IMG/VR virus record: IMGVR_UViG_3300034095_000063 | Coordinates: 1 to 37,590 of that record | From: a virus | Taxonomy: Duplodnaviria; Caudoviricetes | Length of the DNA: 37,590 nucleotides | Strand: one strand, 5' to 3' | Shown: piece by piece, positions 35,966 to 37,590 of the stretch | Layout: every line of letters begins with the position of its first letter | Position numbering within the stretch: position 1 is the first letter of the stretch | Made by a program: the position numbers and the translations under genes | Notes under the pieces: generated by a model | Database searches by the model: none | What the model was told of the DNA's origin: nothing | Seen by the model: the letters and a program-made list of their open reading frames with translations, nothing else

Positions 35966-37203
35966 TAGAGATCCTCATACCTAGCTACCTCTGCTCTAAT
36001 CAATACCTTAGCACTACCGTGTCGTTTCTCAGGTAGGGTATCTTTGTCACCTAACAGTTTGTTTTTACAGATGTTAAAGTATCTGAATCGACTAGTGTTA
36101 TCTGATTCTTTACCAATGCCTAAGATCCAGTCAGCTTCGCCTTGCTTCGCAGTCTTGCTGCCATCAACCATGTCCATCGTTAACCAAGTCTTACCCTCTG
36201 CTTCACCTGAAGCTTGAGATACAGCGATGACTGGTGCATAGTTCTTAGAGATCTCACGAGCCCATTGATAGATAGCCTTGAGTTCTAGATCCTTACGTTC
36301 TGCTTTGAAACCTTTAAGTTTATCGATCTGATCAAAGATGATAAGTGCTGGGTTAGCAGTCTTAAGAATCTGTTCTATGCGTTGGATAGAAGATGAATCC
36401 TCGAAGTCGTAGATCTTAATCTGATCCTTAGTCTTCATGTCATACACCTTCTGATTGCGCTCTAGGTCGCCCCATAAGTGATCCGTAGTCATACCTAGTA
36501 CAGCTTGGAAGCAACGAATACCAACCTTGTTGCCTTGTTCCTCGTTGTTGAACCACAAGATGTTACCATCTGTTTGTTCTACCATGTGAGATATCTCACT
36601 AGCAAGGAACGTAGTCTTACCTGTCTCTGGTCTAGCGAATATAAAACCAAAGTCACCCTTGCGTAGAGAACCGAAAGATTCATTCAAGAACTTAAGTCTC
36701 CAACGCAGCCCAGGTGTTGCTACTTGGGAAGTATATAGATCTGCTAGATTCATGTTGACAGTGACAGGAGTATTGTCCTCTACCTCTTGTAACTCTAGGT
36801 TAGAGAATAGAGCAAGTAAATCTTCTACTGGAGTCCTACCATCCTCTACATCTAGAGCCATCTTAGCGATGTCTCCAGCGAGAGAACGTCGACGATGTTC
36901 TTCCAGAAGAGTAATCACTCCCTCTACATTTACCTCTAGACTATAGATAGATTCTAGTAATTCTCTAAGTTCTTTACGCTCAGAGTCTTGTAAAAGATAA
37001 TTACTTAGATAACATAGTTCTAAGTCTTCTACGCTACAGTGTTCTTTAGTAGAGTACTTAGAGTAATAGATAGAGATTACGTTAAAGACTTTATAGATGT
37101 TAACATAATTGTTCTTTATATAGGTTATATTAACATACTTGTAATACTTTGTAAAGTCTTTTTTATCCTTCATGAAAAGATTTATTATGGAAAGTTCAAC
37201 CAT
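35965..37203 (-). CDS. Replicative helicase (DnaB/SF4)
   Basis: ARPETGKT Walker A, IIFDQI Walker B, AVSQA, EADWILG and KN motifs. Confidence 0.9.
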   Translation of the reverse strand: MVELSIINLFMKDKKDFTKYYKYVNITYIKNNYVNIYKVFNVISIYYSKYSTKEHCSVEDLELCYLSNYLLQDSERKELRELLESIYSLEVNVEGVITLLEEHRRRSLAGDIAKMALDVEDGRTPVEDLLALFSNLELQEVEDNTPVTVNMNLADLYTSQVATPGLRWRLKFLNESFGSLRKGDFGFIFARPETGKTTFLASEISHMVEQTDGNILWFNNEEQGNKVGIRCFQAVLGMTTDHLWGDLERNQKVYDMKTKDQIKIYDFEDSSSIQRIEQILKTANPALIIFDQIDKLKGFKAERKDLELKAIYQWAREISKNYAPVIAVSQASGEAEGKTWLTMDMVDGSKTAKQGEADWILGIGKESDNTSRFRYFNICKNKLLGDKDTLPEKRHGSAKVLIRAEVARYEDL

Positions 37204-37590
37204 TCCGTTAGTTCCTCCTTTGTATATTCTTTGGGATCCTCAGGAGAGATGACTATCCTAGTAGGTATTCCACGTTGTTTAAATTCCCTAGAGATTCTCA
37301 TAGCTTCCTTAGCTTTATCCCTATCTAGCCATAGGACAACCATTTTAAATCGTTTGGAGAGCGTTTGTATAGTGTCTCGTGTCATACTACAACCAAGCAA
37401 AGGTGTAGCACAATAAGATGGTGAGAGTCTAGCTATCTTGATTGCCGATAACACATCCTCTACGCATACTATAGTATCACTCATACCATAATAAGTCAAG
37501 GGCTTTCTACCGTAAGAGGAATACTTAGGTCTACCTTTCATGAAGCTACGACCTTGCCAATAGGTAGGCATGTTTAGTAAAACTAGCAGT
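37185..37590 (-). CDS. DNA primase, C-terminal TOPRIM part
   Basis: VCVED, LLG and WLDRD TOPRIM motifs, DPK; continuous with 422..1. Confidence 0.85.
   Translation of the reverse strand, partial: LLVLLNMPTYWQGRSFMKGRPKYSSYGRKPLTYYGMSDTIVCVEDVLSAIKIARLSPSYCATPLLGCSMTRDTIQTLSKRFKMVVLWLDRDKAKEAMRISREFKQRGIPTRIVISPEDPKEYTKEELTEWLNFP
37462..37590. repeat. Terminal direct repeat (copy 2)
   Basis: Matches 1-129. Confidence 0.9.

Noticed and set aside
1030-37416. Many 60-140 aa ORFs antisense to or nested in clear genes (e.g. 8072..8434, 10214..10525, 16896..17315, 28622..28951, 36659..36946, 37039..37416)
   Set aside because: They overlap well-supported genes, have no recognisable motif and no evident SD

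Overview
This window looks like an essentially complete ~37.5 kb podovirus genome assembled as a circle: positions 1-129 repeat 37462-37590, and the primase ORF runs across the junction. It has two arms. The + strand morphogenesis arm (6.7-27.3 kb) encodes HNH, TerS, TerL, portal, scaffold, major capsid, tail fibres, lysis, tail and ejection proteins. The - strand early/replication arm encodes an ATP-grasp + class II glutamine amidotransferase + amidoligase cluster, primase, helicase, split PolA interrupted by an HNH cassette, SSB, exo/endonucleases and class II RNR. I see no phage RNA polymerase or integrase; near-consensus sigma70 promoters serve both arms. Three signals stand out, none annotated by the ORF track. 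(1) An ~820-nt rod-like imperfect inverted repeat (5305-6123) has a complete 78-aa gene in one arm, and all 26 hand-counted substitutions between the arms fall in mismatch classes tolerated on the + strand (G.U, G.A, U.U, G.G). (2) A phage-encoded pqqA (PQQ precursor peptide, 27454-27525) points to a methylotroph host. (3) A homing-endonuclease cassette re-supplies a recoded start of the PolA palm gene, followed by a 4-nt frameshift in motif A. All calls come from motif recognition and hand alignment; no searches were run.
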